Assembly (NCBI GenBank): GCA_040954595.2
Contig: CM082580.2
Location: 1,044,783-1,108,782, forward strand
Source: Balanoglossus misakiensis
Lineage: Eukaryota; Animalia; Hemichordata
DNA length: 64,000 bases
Reading direction: 5' to 3'
A program made the translations under genes and the position numbers. The notes under the pieces are model-generated. The model worked only from the letters and a program-made list of their open reading frames with translations. It was not told where the DNA came from and did no database searches. Position 1 is the stretch's first letter, and each line of letters starts with the position of its first letter. Of this stretch, positions 14,028 through 28,027 are shown piece by piece.

Positions 14028-15685
14028 ACAAGTGACCTATTGGTCAAATGAGCTCTGCTGACCTTAACAGTGTAACCTGGGCGATGATATGAATACCCTA
14101 GGTTTTAATTCATAACAATTGTATTCTATTGAACAAAACCAAACATAGACATCACAAGTATTTATCCAAATTCAGCTTGATTCATTGCACTAAAGAAAGA
14201 AAGAATTGAATTCTAAAGAACAACATCAAAAGGAAGTACCAATGTTCTAATTTGCATATTCATGACCCCATCAAAATTCCAATAAAACAAAATCAGGTAG
14301 GGGCACCATAACACACATTCTACCAAATTTCAACTCCATCGTACATGTATTTAGGGAGAAGATTTTTTTACCAAAAATTCTATTTTTAGATCTAATTTGC
14401 ATATTTATGACCCCATCTAATCCAAATTAGCAAAATCAGGTAGGGGCACCATAACACACATTCCTACTAAATTTCAGCGCCATCGTACATGTAGTTAGGG
14501 AGAAGAAGATTTTTGACCAAAAATTCTATTTTTAGATCTAATTTGCATATTTATGACCCAATCAAATCCAAATTAACAAAATCAGGTAGGGACACTATAA
14601 CACACATTCCTACTAAATTTCAGCTCCATCGTACAAATAGTTAGGGAGAAGAAGATTTTTTACCAAAAATTATATTTTTAGATCTAATTTACATATTCAT
14701 GACCCGATCATATCCAAATTTATAAAATCAAGTACGGGCATCATAACACACATTCCTACCATATTTCAGCTCCATCGTACATGTAGTTAGGGAGAAGAAA
14801 ATGTTTGACCAAAAATTATATTTTTAGATCTAATTTGCATATTTATGACCCCATCAAATCCAAATTTACAAAATCAGGTAGGGGCACCATAACACACATT
14901 CCTACCAAATTTCAGCTCCATTGTACATGTAGTTATGGAGAAGAAGATTTTTTACCAAAATTCTATTTTTAGATCTAATTTGCATATTTATGACCCCATC
15001 AAATCCAAATTTACAAAATCAGGTAGGGGCACCATAACACACATTCCTGCCAAATTTCAGGTCCATTGCACATGTAGTTGTGGAGAAGAAGATTTTTACC
15101 AAAAGTTCTATTTTTAGATCTAATTTGCATATTCATGACCCCATCAAATCCAAATTAACAAAATCAGTTAAAGGCACCATAACACACATTCCAACCAAAT
15201 TTCAGCTAAATATGCCCAGTTGTTTTAAAGAAGAAGATTGAAATACAACAAGTTGACGGACGACAGACGACTGACGACAGACGACGGACGACGGACGGAC
15301 ACTTATCAACCTACTGCTACAGCTCGGCTGACACAAGTGACAGCAGAGCTAAAAATCAGGTAGGGACACCATAACACACATTCCTACCAAATTTCAGCTC
15401 CATCGTACATGTAGTTAGGGAGAAGAAGATTTTTTTACCAAAAATTTTATTTTTAGATCTAATTTGCATATTCATGACCCGATCAAATCCAAATTAACAA
15501 AATCAGTAAGGGCACCATAACACACATTCTAACCAAATTTCAGCTAAATATGCCAAGTAGTTTTATAGAAGAAGATTGAAATACCAAAAGTTGACGGACG
15601 ACGGATGACGGACGACAGACGACGGACAGACATTTATCAACCTACTGCTACAGCTCGGCTGACACAAGTGACAGCAGAGCTAATA
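14028..15685. mobile_element. Non-autonomous Helentron-like (HINE/DINE/pearl-type) element with a 146-bp tandem core
   Basis: Interrupts the satellite motif CTCTAAATTT^AAAAGCTG with no evident TSD. Subterminal inverted repeat AGCTCTGCTG (14051) / CAGCAGAGCT (15672). Hairpin TGACC-TATT-GGTCA near the left end. About 7 x 146-bp repeats, then a GACG/GACA microsatellite. Right end duplicated (15350 and 15681). Confidence 0.8.
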
Positions 15686-16519
15686 AAAGCTGTATCTGCT
15701 GTGCATGCCAAGTTTTGGAAATGTAGATCAAGGGTCATTGCCAAAATTATCAAAATATTTGGGTTATGTCCTGCCAGAGTAGTACTCATGTGAACAAAAT
15801 CATGACTGTTGTGCTTTTTAACAAGAGACATATCAATGTACAATTAAGTTCTGAAAGATCTTGATCAAAGGGAAAATGAAAGTTGCAAAAAATTGTATAA
15901 TTAAGTGTTAAAAAAAGGATCAATGGACATGTGAAAGTTGACAAAAAAATTTAACATTCTGGTCTTATGTTGACTCTATCCATAAAAAGGCTTGGTGTGC
16001 TATCATTCAGTAGCCTACAAATAGGAAATTTTAGTTTTTAATCGGAGTTCAGAAAATCCAATTAGGCTTCAATAAGGTTTAACCAATCACATTTTACGCG
16101 AAAGCGTGATTAAAAAAAGATTTTGGAAATTTTTCATAGGATTTTTCAAAAATCCATAATAAATCCAAATTCACATGAACACTAACAATATTATTTTAAA
16201 AAATTGGAACGTACAGTAAATTAGAACTTGATTGGCCTTGTAATTTTTGAAAAAAAATGTCAACTTTTAAAGGTTATCAGAAAATCCAATATGGCCACCA
16301 TGAAGAAGACAATTAAAAGAACATGCAGCATCACAGGGGCCAAAGCAGTTAGCATGGTTCCAACAGAAAGCAAACTCTGTATCTGTTATGGATTCTTAGA
16401 ATGGTAGGTAAGCCAGAGGTCACGGAAATTTGTGCCAACAAATTTTGATATCAAACTGATAAGTGTCCAACAAGAACCAAACTTCTAAGCTCAATTGGTT
16501 AACTTTAAATAGGATTTAA

Positions 16520-16830
16520 GTAGATCATGGCCAAAATTATCAAAATATTTGGGTTATGTCCAGGCAGCAATAGTACTCATGTGTACAAAATCATGACTGT
16601 TGTGCTTTTTAACAAGAGACATATCCAAGTAGATCAAGGGTCATGGCCAAAATTATCAAAATATTTGGGTTATGTCCTGGCAGCAATAAAACTCATGTGA
16701 ACAAAATCATGACTGTTGTGCTTTTTAACAAGAGACATATCCAAGTAGATCAATGGTCATTGCCAAAATTATCAAAATATTTGGGTTATGTCCTGGCAGC
16801 AGTAGTACTCTATGAACAAAATCATGACTG
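16520..16830. repeat. 116-bp repeat, ~2.5 copies
   Basis: Same unit as the 18545-21830 array. Confidence 0.85.
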
Positions 16831-18544
16831 TTGAGCTTTTTATCAAGAGCCATATCCACATAAAATTAAGTTATGGAATTACTGGGTCAAAGGACATGCG
16901 AGAGTTGCCAACAAATTGTTTAATCAAGTTTTGAAAAAACTGGATCAAAGGACATGTGAAAGTTGCCAAAAAATGTAACGTATTCTAGTCATATGGCGAC
17001 TCGTATCCATAAAATTAATTTGTGTGCTTTCAATTAGTAGGCTAGAAATAGGAAATCTTAGTTTTTAATCAGTGTTCAGAAAAATCCAATTTGGCTCCAA
17101 TAAGGTGACACCAATCACAATTCACTTGAAAACTTGATTAGAAAAAGATGTTCTGTAATTTTTTAATGAGATTTTTAAACAATCCAATTAGGCACCCAAA
17201 GTCACATGACCACTAATGATATTTTTGTCAAACTTTCAACCCTACAGTAAACTAGAATTTGATTTGCCCTGTAGTTTATGAAAATGTCAACTTTTAAAGG
17301 TTATTAGAAAATCCAATATGGCCACCATGAAGAAGACAATTAGAGCTACAAGCAGCATTGGAGTGGCCAAAGCGGTTAGCATGGTTCCAACAGAAAGCAA
17401 AGGCTGTATCTGTTGTGGATGCCTAGAAATGGTAAAGTATGCCAGAGGTGATGCAAAATGTGCCAACAAAATTTGATACCAAACTGATCAATGTCCAACA
17501 AAAAGCAGACTTCTACGCTTTATTAGTTAACTTTAAATAGCTTATATACATAATTATTGTGTTAAAGTTAATACATGTACTTCATTAGGTGTTCCAAGCC
17601 TCTAAATTTAAAAGCTGTATCTGCTGTACATGCCAAGTTATGGGAATGTAGATCAAAAGTTACTGCCAAAATTATCAAAATATTTGGGTTATGTCCTGGC
17701 AGCAGTAGTACTCATGTGAACAAAATCACGACTGTTGTGCTTTTTAACAAGAGGCATATCAACGTAGAATTAAGTTCTGAAAGATCTGGATCAAAAGACG
17801 AATGAAAGTTGCAAAAAAATAGTATAATTAAGTGTTGAAAAAATGGATGAAAGGACATGTGAAAGTTGATAAAAATTGTTTAACATATTCTGGACTTATG
17901 GTGACTCGTATCCATAAAAAGGATTGGTGTGCTATCATTCAGTAGCCTTGAAATAGGAAATTTTAGTTTTTAATCGGAGTTCAGACAATCCAATTTGACT
18001 TCAATAAGGTTTAACCAATCACAATTCACTTGAAAGCTTGATTAAAAAAGATTTTGGAAATTTTTCATGAGTTTTTGAAAAAATCCATAATGAATCCAAA
18101 TTCACATGACCACTATTAATATAATTGAAAAAAAAATGGAACGGCCAGTAAATTAGAACTTGATTGGCCCTGCAGTTTAGAAAAAAATGTCCACTTTTAC
18201 AGATTATCAGAAAATCCAATATGGCCGCCATGAAGAAGACCCAACTATAAGCAGCATTGGAGTGACCAAAGTGGTTAGCATGGTTCCAACAGAAAGCAAA
18301 GGCTGTATCTGTTATGGATGCTGAGAAATGGTAAGTAAGCCAGAGGTCAGGCAAATTTGTGCCAACAAATTTTGACATCAAACTGATAAGTGTCCAACAA
18401 GAACCAAACTTCTAAGCTCAATTGGTTAACTTTAAATAGGATAAGTACATAATGATTGTGTTAAAAATTAATACTTCATTAGGTGTTCCAGTCCTCTAAA
18501 TTTGAAAGCCGTATCTGCTGTGCATGGCAAGTTATGGGAAAGAA

Positions 18545-21500
18545 GATCATGGCCAAAATTATCAAAATATTTGGGTTATGTCCTGGCAGCAATAGTACTC
18601 ATGTGTACAAAATCATGACTGTTGTGCTTTTTAACAAGAGACATATCCAAGTAGATCAAGGGTCATGGCCAAAATTATCAAAATATTTGGGTTATGTCCT
18701 GGCAACAATAAAACTCATGTGAACAAAATCATGACTGTTGTGCTTTTTAACAAGAGACATATCCAAGTAGATCAAGGGTCATGGCCGAAATAATCAAAAT
18801 ATTTGGGTTATGTCCTGGCAGCAATAAAATTCATATGAACAAAATCATGACTGTTGTGCTTTTTAACAAGAGACATATCCAAGTAGATCAAGGGTCATTG
18901 CCAAAATTATCCAAATATTTGGGTTATGTCCTGGCAGCAATAAAACTCATGTGAACAAAATCATGACTATTGTGCTTTTTAACAAGAGACATATCCAAGT
19001 AGATCAAGGGTCATTGCCAAAATGATCAAAATATATGGGTTATGTCCTGGCAGCAATAAAACTCATGTGAACAAAATCATGACTGTTGTGCTTTTTAACA
19101 AGAGACATATCCAAGTAGATCAAGGGTCATTGCCAAAATTATCAAAATATTTGGGTTATGTCCTGGCAGCAATAAAACTCATGTGAACAAAATCATGACT
19201 GTTGTGCTTTTTAACAAGAGACATATCCAAGTAGATCAAGGGTCATTGCCAAAATTATCAAAATATTTGGGTTATGTCCAGGCACCAATAGTACTCATGT
19301 GAACAAAATCATGACTGTTGTGCTTTTTAACAAGAGACATATCCAAGTAGATCAAGGGTCATTGCCAAAATTATCAAAATATTTGGGTTATGTCCAGGCA
19401 GCAATAGTACTCATGTGAACAAAATCATGACTGTTGTGCTTTTTAACAAGAGGCATATCCAAGTAGATCAAGGGTCATTGCCAAAATTATCAAAATATTT
19501 GGGTTATGTCCAGGCAGCAATAGTACTCATGTGAACAAAATCATGACTGTTGTGCTTTTTAACAAGAGACATATCCAAGTAGATCAAGGGTCATTGCCAA
19601 AATTATCAAAATATTTGGGTTATGTCCAGGCAGCAATAGTACTCATGTGAACAAAATCATGACTGTTGTGCTTTTTAACAAGAGACATATCCAAGTAGAT
19701 CAAGGGTCATTACCAAGATTATCAAAATATTTGGGTTATGTCCTGGCAGCAATAAAACTCATGTGAACAAAATCATGACTGTTGTGCCTTTTAACAAGAG
19801 ACATATCCAAGTAGATCAAGGGTCATTGCCAAAATTATCAAAATATTTGGGTTATGTCCTGGCAGCAATAAAACTCATGTGAACAAAATCATGACTGTTG
19901 TGCTTTTTAACAAGAGACATATCCAAGTAGATCAAGGGTCATTGCCATGATTATCAAAATATTTGGGTTATGTCCTGGCAGCAATAAAACTCATGTGAAC
20001 AAAATCATGACTATTGTGCTTTTTAACAAGAGACATATCCAAGTAGATCAAGGGTCATTGCCAAAATGATCAAAATATATGGGTTATGTCCTGGCAGCAA
20101 TAAAACTCATGTGAACAAAATCATGACTGTTGTGCTTTTTAACAAGAGACATATCCAAGTAGATCAAGGGTCATTGCCAAAATTATCAAAATATTTGGGT
20201 TATGTCCTGGCAGCAATAAAACTCATGTGAACAAAATCATGACTGTTGTGCTTTTTAACAAGAGACATATCCAAGTAGATCAAGGGTCATTGCCAAAATT
20301 ATCAAAATATTTGGGTTATGTCCAGGCACCAATAGTACTCATGTGAACAAAATCATGACTGTTGTGCTTTTTAACAAGAGGCATATCCAAGTAGATCAAG
20401 GGTCATTGCCAAAATTATCAAAATATTTGGGTTATGTCCAGGCAGCAATAGTACTCATGTGAACAAAATCATGACTGTTGTGCTTTTTAACAAGAGACAT
20501 ATCCAAGTAGATCAAGGGTCATTGCCAAAATTATCAAAATATTTGGGTTATGTCCAGGCAGCAATAGTACTCATGTGAACAAAATCATGACTGTTGTGCT
20601 TTTTAACAAGAGACATATCCAAGTAGATCAAGGGTCATTACCAAGATTATCAAAATATTTGGGTTATGTCCTGGCAGCAATAAAACTCATGTGAACAAAA
20701 TCATGACTGTTGTGCCTTTTAACAAGAGACATATCCAAGTAGATCAAGGGTCATTGCCAAAATTATCAAAATATTTGGGTTATGTCCTGGCAGCAATAAA
20801 ACTCATGTGAACAAAATCATGACTGTTGTGCTTTTTAACAAGACACATATCCAAGTAGATCAAGGGTCATTGCCATGATTATCAAAATATTTGGGTTATG
20901 TCCTGGCAGCAATAAAACTCATGTGAACAAAATCATGACTGTTGTGCTTTTAACAAGAGACATATCCAAGTAGATCAAGGGTCATTGCCAAAATTATCAA
21001 AATATTTGGGTTATGTCCAGGCAGCAATAGTACTCATGTGAACAAAATCATGACTGTTGTGCTTTTTAACAAGAGACATATCCAAGTAGATCAAGGGTCA
21101 TTACCAAGATTATCAAAATATTTGGATTATGTCCTGGCAGCAATAAAACTCATGTGAACAAAATCATGACTGTTGTGCCTTTTAACAAGAGACATATCCA
21201 AGTAGATCAAGGGTCATTGCCAAAATTATCAAAATATTTGGGTAATGTCCTGGCAGCAATAAAACTCATGTGAACAAAATCATGACTGTTGTGCTTTTTA
21301 ACAAGAGACATATCCAAGTAGATCAAGGGTCATTGCCAAGATTATCAAAATATTTGGGTTATGTCCTGGCAGCAATAAAACTCATGTGAACAAAATCATG
21401 ACTGTTGTGCTTTTTAACAAGAGACATATCCAAGTAGATCAAGGGTCATTGCCAAAGTTATCAAAATATTTGGGTTATGTCCTGGCAGCGACAAAACTCA

Positions 21501-21830
21501 TGTGAACAAAATCATGACTGTTGTGCTTTTTAACAAGAGACATATCCAAGTAGATCAAGGGTCATGGCCAAAATTATCAAAATATTTGGGTTATGTCCTG
21601 GCAACAATAAAACTCATGTGAACAAAATCATGACTGTTGTGCTTTTTAACAAGAGACATATCCAAGGGATCAAGGGTCATTACCAAGATTATCAAAATAT
21701 TTGGGTTATGTCCTGGCAGCAATAAAACTCATGTGAACAAAATCATGACTGTTGTGCTTTTTAACAAGAGACATATCCAAGTAGATCAAGGGTCATTGCC
21801 AAAATTATCAAAATATTTGGGTTATGTCCT
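18545..21830. repeat. Homogeneous 116-bp tandem array (~28 copies) derived from part of the 895-bp unit
   Basis: GCCAAAATTATCAAAATATTTGGGTTATGTCC... at 18552, 18668, 18784, 18900 (period 116). The same sequence is single-copy in other 895-bp units. Confidence 0.97.
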
Positions 21831-22422
21831 GGCAGCAGTAGTACTCTTTGAACAAAATCATGACTGTTGAGCTTTTTATCAAGAGCCATATCCACATAAA
21901 ATTAAGTTATGGAATTACTGGATCAAAGGACATGCGAGAGTCGCCAACAAATTGTTTAATCAAATACTGAAAAAAAACTGGATCAAAGAACATATGAAAG
22001 TTGTCAAAAAATGTAACATATTCTAGTCATATGGTGACTCGTATCCACAGAAAGAATTTGTGTGCTTTCAATGAGTAGGATAAAAAAAAGGAATTTTAGC
22101 TTTTAATCGGAGTTCAGAAAATCCAATTTGGCTCTGATAAGGTTAAACCAATCACAATTCACTTGAAAACTTGATTAGAAAAAGATTTTCGTAATTTTTG
22201 AATGAGATTTTTAAAAAATCCAATAAGGCACCAAAAGTCACATGACCACTAATGATATTTTATCAAACTTTCAACCGCACAGTAAATTAGAACTTGATTG
22301 GCCCTGTAGTTTATGAAAATGTCAACCTTTAAAGCTTATTAGAAAATCCAATATGGCCGCCATGAAGAAGACAATTACAACTAAAAGTAGCATTGGAGGG
22401 ACCAAGGTTCCAACAGAAAGCA

Positions 22423-22781
22423 GACCCCATCAAAATTCCAATTAACAAAATCAGGTAGGGGCACCATACCACACATTCCTACCAATTTTCAGCTCCATCG
22501 TACATGTAGTTAGGGAGAAGAAGATTTTTTTACCAAAAATTTTATTTTTAGATCTAATTTGCATATTCATGACCCGATCAAATCCAAATTAACAAAATCA
22601 GGTAAGGGCACCATAACACACATTCCAACCAAATTTCAGCTAAATATGCCAAGTAGTTTTATAGAAGAAGATTGAAATACCAAAAGTTGACGGACGACGG
22701 ATGACGGACGACAGACGACGGACAGACATTTATCAACCTACTGCTACAGCTCGGCTGACACAAGTGACAGCAGAGCTAATA
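22423..22781. mobile_element. Internally deleted copy of the Helentron-like element
   Basis: Same right end (ACAGCAGAGCTAATAAAAGCTG) and downstream flank as 15685. Left part deleted, junction CAGAAAGCA-GA-CCCCATC. Confidence 0.85.
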
Positions 22782-23710
22782 AAAGCTGTATCTGCTGTGC
22801 ATGCCAAGTTTTGGAAATGTAGATCAAGGGTCATTGCCAAAATTATCAAAATATTTGGGTTATGTCCTGCCAGAGTAGTACTCATGTGAACAAAATCATG
22901 ACTGTTGTGCTTTTTAACAAGAGACATATCAATGTACAATTAAGTTCTGAAAGATCTTGATCAAAGGGAAAATGAAAGTTGCAAAAAATTGTATAATTAA
23001 GTGTTAAAAAAAGGATCAATGGACATGTGAAAGTTGACAAATTTTTTTAACATTCTTGTCTTATGTTGACTCTATCCATAAAAAGGCTTGGTGTGCTATC
23101 ATTCAGTAGCCTACAAATAGGAAATTTTAGTTTTTAATCGGAGTTCAGAAAATCCAATTAGGCTTCAATAAGGTTTAACCAATCACAATTTACGCGAAAG
23201 CTTGATTAAAAAAAGATTTTGGAAATTTTTCATGGTATTTTTCAAAAATCCATAATAAATCCAAATTCACATGAACACTAACAATATTATTTTAAAAAAT
23301 TGGAACGTACAGTAAATTAGAACTTGATTGGCCTTGTAATTTTTGAAAAAAAATGTCAACTTTTAAAGGTTATCAGAAAATCCAATATGGCCACCATGAA
23401 GAAGACAATTAAAAGAACATGCAGCATCACAGGGGCCAAAGCAGTTAGCATGGTTCCAACAGAAAGCAAACTCTGTATCTGTTGTGGATTCATAGAATGG
23501 TAGGTAAGCCAGAGGTCACGCAAATTTGTGCCAACAAATTTTGATATCAAACTGATAAGTGTCCAACAAGAACCAAACTTCTAAGCTCAATTGGTTAACT
23601 TTAAATAGGATAAGTACATAATGATTGTGTTAAAGATTAATACTTCATTAGGTGTTCCAGTCCTCTATATTTGAAAGCCATATCTGCTGTGCATGTCAAA
23701 TTATGGGAAA

Positions 23711-24230
23711 GTAGATCATGGCCAAAATTATCAAAATATTTGGGTTATGTCCAGGCAGCAATAGTACTCATGTGTACAAAATCATGACTGTTGTGCTTTT
23801 TAACAAGAGACATATGCAAGTAGATCAAGGGTCATGGCCAAAATTATCAAAATATTTGGGTTATGTCCTGGCAGCAATAAAACTCATGTGAACAAAATCA
23901 TGACTGTTGTGCTTTTTAACAAGAGACATATCCAAGTAGATCAAGGGTCATGGCCAAAATTATCAAAATATTTGGGTTATGTCCTGGCAGCAATAAAACT
24001 CATGTGAACAAAATCATGACTGTTGTGCTTTTTAACAAGAGACATATCCAAGTAGATCAAGGGTCATTGCCAAAATTATCAAAATATTTGGGTTATGTCC
24101 TGGCAGCAATAAAACTCATGTGAACAAAATCATGACTGTTGTGCTTTTTAACAAGAGACATATCCAAGTAGATCAAGGGTCATTGCCAAAATTATCAAAA
24201 TATTTGGGTTATGTCCTGGCAGCAGTAGTA
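23711..24230. repeat. 116-bp repeat, ~4.5 copies
   Basis: Same unit as the 18545-21830 array. Confidence 0.9.
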
Positions 24231-25963
24231 CTCTTTGAACAAAATCATGACTGTTTAGCTTTTTATCAAGAGCCATATCCACATAAAATTTAGTTATGGA
24301 ATTACTGGGTCAAAGGACATGCGAGAGTTGCCAACAAATTGTTTAATCAAGTTTTGAAAAAACTGGATCAAAGGACATGTGAAAGTTGCCAAAAAATGTA
24401 ACGTATTCTAGTCATATGGCGACTCGTATCCATAAAATTAATTTGTGTGCTTTCAATGAGTAGGCTAGAAATAGAAAATCTTAGTTTTTAATCAGTGTTT
24501 AGAAAAATCCAATTTGGCTCCAATAAGGTGACACCAATCACAATTCACTTGAAAACTTGATTAGAAAAAGATGTTCTGTAATTTTTTAATGAGATTTTTA
24601 AACAATCCAATTAGGCACCCAAAGTCACTTGACCACTAATGATATTTTTGTCAAACTTTCAACCCTACAGTAAACTAGAATTTGATTGGCCCTGTAGTTT
24701 ATGAAAATGTCAACTTTTAAAGGTTATTAGAAATTCCAATATGGCCACCATGAAGAAGACAATTAGAGCTACAAGCAGCATTGGAGTGGCCAAAGCGGTT
24801 AGCATGGTTCCAACAGAAAGCAAATGCTGCATCTGTTGTGGATGCCTAGAAATGGTAAAGTATGCCAGAGGTGATGCAAAATGTGCCAACAAAATTTGAT
24901 ACCAAACTGATCAGTGTCCAACAAAAAGCAGACTTCTACGCTTTATTGGCTAACTTTAAATAGCTTATATACATAATTATTGTGTTAAAGTTAATACATG
25001 TACTTTATTAGGTGTTCCAGTCCTCTAAATTTAAAAGCTGTATCTGCTGTGCATGCCAAGTTATGGGAATGTAGATCAAAAGTTACTGCCAAAATTATCA
25101 AAATATTTGGGTTATGTCCGGGCAGCAGTAGTACTCATGTGAACAAAATCACGACTCTTGTGCTTTTTAACAAGAGGCATATCAACGTAGAATTAAGTTC
25201 TGAAAGATCTGGATCAAAAGACGAATGACAGTTGCAAAAAAATTGTATAATTAAGTGTTGAAAAAATGGATGAAAGGACATGTGAAAGTTGATAAAAATT
25301 GTTTAACATATTCTGGTCTTATGGTGACTCGTATCCATAAAAAGGATTGGTGTGCTATCATTCAGTAGCCTTGAAATAGGAAATTTTAGTTTTTAATCGG
25401 AGTTCAGACAATCCAATTTGGCTTCAATAAGGTTTAACCAATCACAATTCACTTGAAAGCTTGATTAAAAAAGATTTTGGAAATCTTCATGAGTTTTTGA
25501 AAAAATCCATAATAAATCCAAATTCACATGACCACTATTAATATAATTGAAAAAAAATTGGAACGGCCAGTAAATTAGAACTTGATTGGCCCTGCAGTTT
25601 AGAAAAAAATGTACACTTTTAGAGATTATCAGAAAATCCAATATGGCCGCCATGAAGAAGACCCAACTATAAGCAGCATTGGAGTGACCAAAGTGGTTAG
25701 CATGGTTCCAACAGAAAGCAAAGGCTGTATCTGTTATGGATGCTGAGAAATGGTAAGTAAGCCAGAGGTCACGCAAATTTGTGCCAATAAATTTTGACAT
25801 CAAACTGATAAGTGTCCAACAAGAACCAAACTTCTAAGCTCAATTGGTTAACTTTAAATAGGATAAGTACATAACGATTGTGTTAAAGATTAATACTTCA
25901 TTAGGTGTTCCAGTCCTCTAAATTTGAAAGCCGTATCTGCTGTGCATGGCAAGTTATGGGAAA

Positions 25964-27007
25964 GTAGATCATGGCCAAAATTATCAAAATATTTGGGTTA
26001 TGTCCAGGCAGCAATAGTACTCATGTGTACAATATCATGACTGTTGTGCTTTTTAACAAGAGACATATCCAAGTAGATCAAGGGTCATGGCCAAAATTAT
26101 CAAAATATTTGGGTTATGTCCTGGCAGCAATATAACTCATGTGAACAAAATCATGACTGTTGTGCTTTTTAACAAGAGACCTATCCAAGTAGATCAAGGG
26201 TCATTGCCAAAATTATCAAAATATTTTGGTTATGTCCTGGCAGCAATAAAACTCATATGAACACAATAATGACTGTTGTGCTTTTTAACAAGAGACATAT
26301 CCAAGTAGATCAAGGGTCATTGCCAAAATTATCAAAATATTTGGGTTATGTCCTGGCAGCAATAAAACTCGTGTGAACACAAACATGACTGTTGTGCTTT
26401 TTAACAAGAGACATATCCAAGTAGATCAAGGGTCATTGCCAAAATTATCAAAATATTTGGGTTATGTCCTGGCAGCAATAAAACTCATGTGAACACAATC
26501 ATGACTGTTGTGCTTTTTAACAAGAGGCATATCCAAGTAGATCAAGGATCATTGCCAACATTATCAAAATATGTAGGTTATGTCCAGGCAGCAATAAAAC
26601 TCATGTGAACACAATTATGACTGTTGTGTTTTTTAACAAGAGACATATCCAAGTAGATCAAGGGTCATTGCCAAAATTATCAAAATATTTTGGTTATGTC
26701 CTGGCAGCAATAAAACTCATGTGAACAAAATCATGACTGTTGTGCTTTTTAACAAGAGACATATCCAAGTAGATCAAGGGTCATCGCCAAAATTATCAAA
26801 ATATTTGGGTTATGTCCTGGCAGCAATAAAACTCATGTGAACACAATTATGACTGTTGTGCTTTTTAACAAGACTAGAGACATATCCAAGTAGAACAAGG
26901 GTCATTGCCAAAATTATCAAAATATTTGGGTTATGTCCTGGCAGCAATAAAACTCATGTGAACACAATCATGACTGTTGTGCTTTTTAACAAGAGACATA
27001 TCCAAGT
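25964..27007. repeat. 116-bp repeat, ~9 copies (GAACACAA variants)
   Basis: Same unit, slightly more diverged. Confidence 0.92.
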
Positions 27008-27755
27008 ACAATTCAGTTCTAACAAATCTGAATCAAAGGACATGTGAAATTTGCCAAAAAATGTAACGTATTCTATACATATGGTGACTCGTATCAATAA
27101 AATGAATGTGTGCTTTAAATGAGTAGGCTAGAAATAGGAAATCTTTGTCTTTAATTAGAGTTCAGAAAGTCCAATTTGGCTCCAATAAGGTTTAACTAAT
27201 CACAATACACTTGAAAACTTGATTAGAAAAAGATTTTGGAAATGTTAAATGAGATTTTTTAACAATCCATAATGAATCCAAAGTCGCATGACCACTAACA
27301 ATATTATTGAAAAAAATTGGAAGGGACAGTAAATTAGAACTTGATTGGCCATGTAGTTTTGAAAAAATGTCAATTTTAAGAGGTTATCAGAAAATCCAAT
27401 ATGGCCAACATGAAGAAGACAATTAAAGGAACATGCAACATTACAGGGGCCAAAGCAGTTAGCATGGTTCCAACAGAAAGCAAACTCTGTATCTGTTGTG
27501 GATGGCTAGAAATGGTAAGCCAGAGGTCACTATGTCTATGTATAATTAACTTCTTAAAACATAGCGTATAGGAAACTGTTGTGCCATTTGGGGATTACAC
27601 AGATTTTAGGTATTCACCAGAATTAAATCGCGGGCGACATTGGCAAGCATATATGGCAAAAATATTCAAATACTATGGAAACATAAAAAAAATTCACCAT
27701 GCTCAATCAAGTGTTATGTGTCACTGCAATCTTACAAGCAGCACTAAAAAAAACA

Positions 27756-28027
27756 GATTTTTGTCCAAAAACTGTCTGTAAAATACATGCGAGTATGACA
27801 AGCTAATTAGTCCAATCAGACAGAGGCATTCACTGACCTACCACCAGTTTATAATAAAATAACCGGTGGTCTCTGTAACAGCTGGACCACAACTGATTTT
27901 TGTCCAAAAACTGTCTGTAAAATATATGCGAGTATGACAAGCTAATTAGTCCAATCAGACAGAGGCATTCACTGACCTACCACCAGTTTATAATAAAATA
28001 GCCGGTGGTCTCTGTAACAGCTGGACC
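27756..28027. repeat. 139-bp direct tandem duplication within an interspersed repeat
   Basis: GATTTTTGTCCAAAAACTGTCTGT...CAGCTGGACC starts at 27756 and 27895. A related reverse-complement sequence lies at ~46660-46815. Confidence 0.9.

Larger units (their letters stand above)
11460..27530. repeat. ~895-bp macrosatellite with diverged edge copies and a large internal duplication
   Basis: TTAGGTGTTCCAGTCCTCTAAATTT-type unit start at ~13102, 14003, 17586, 18480, 23648, 25008, 25901 (892-901 bp apart where uninterrupted). 13.2-18.7 kb is re-copied at 21.8-26.1 kb (paired ORFs 15605/22701, 17287/24710, 17575/24998). Confidence 0.93.

Noticed and set aside
18545-21830. Regular array resembling CRISPR
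   Set aside because: Whole 116-bp units repeat with no unique spacers, no cas genes, and a eukaryotic context.
12010-27047. Recurrent short ORFs (IIKIFGLCPGS..., HPQQIQ...)
   Set aside because: Products of the macrosatellite; frames are not conserved between copies.
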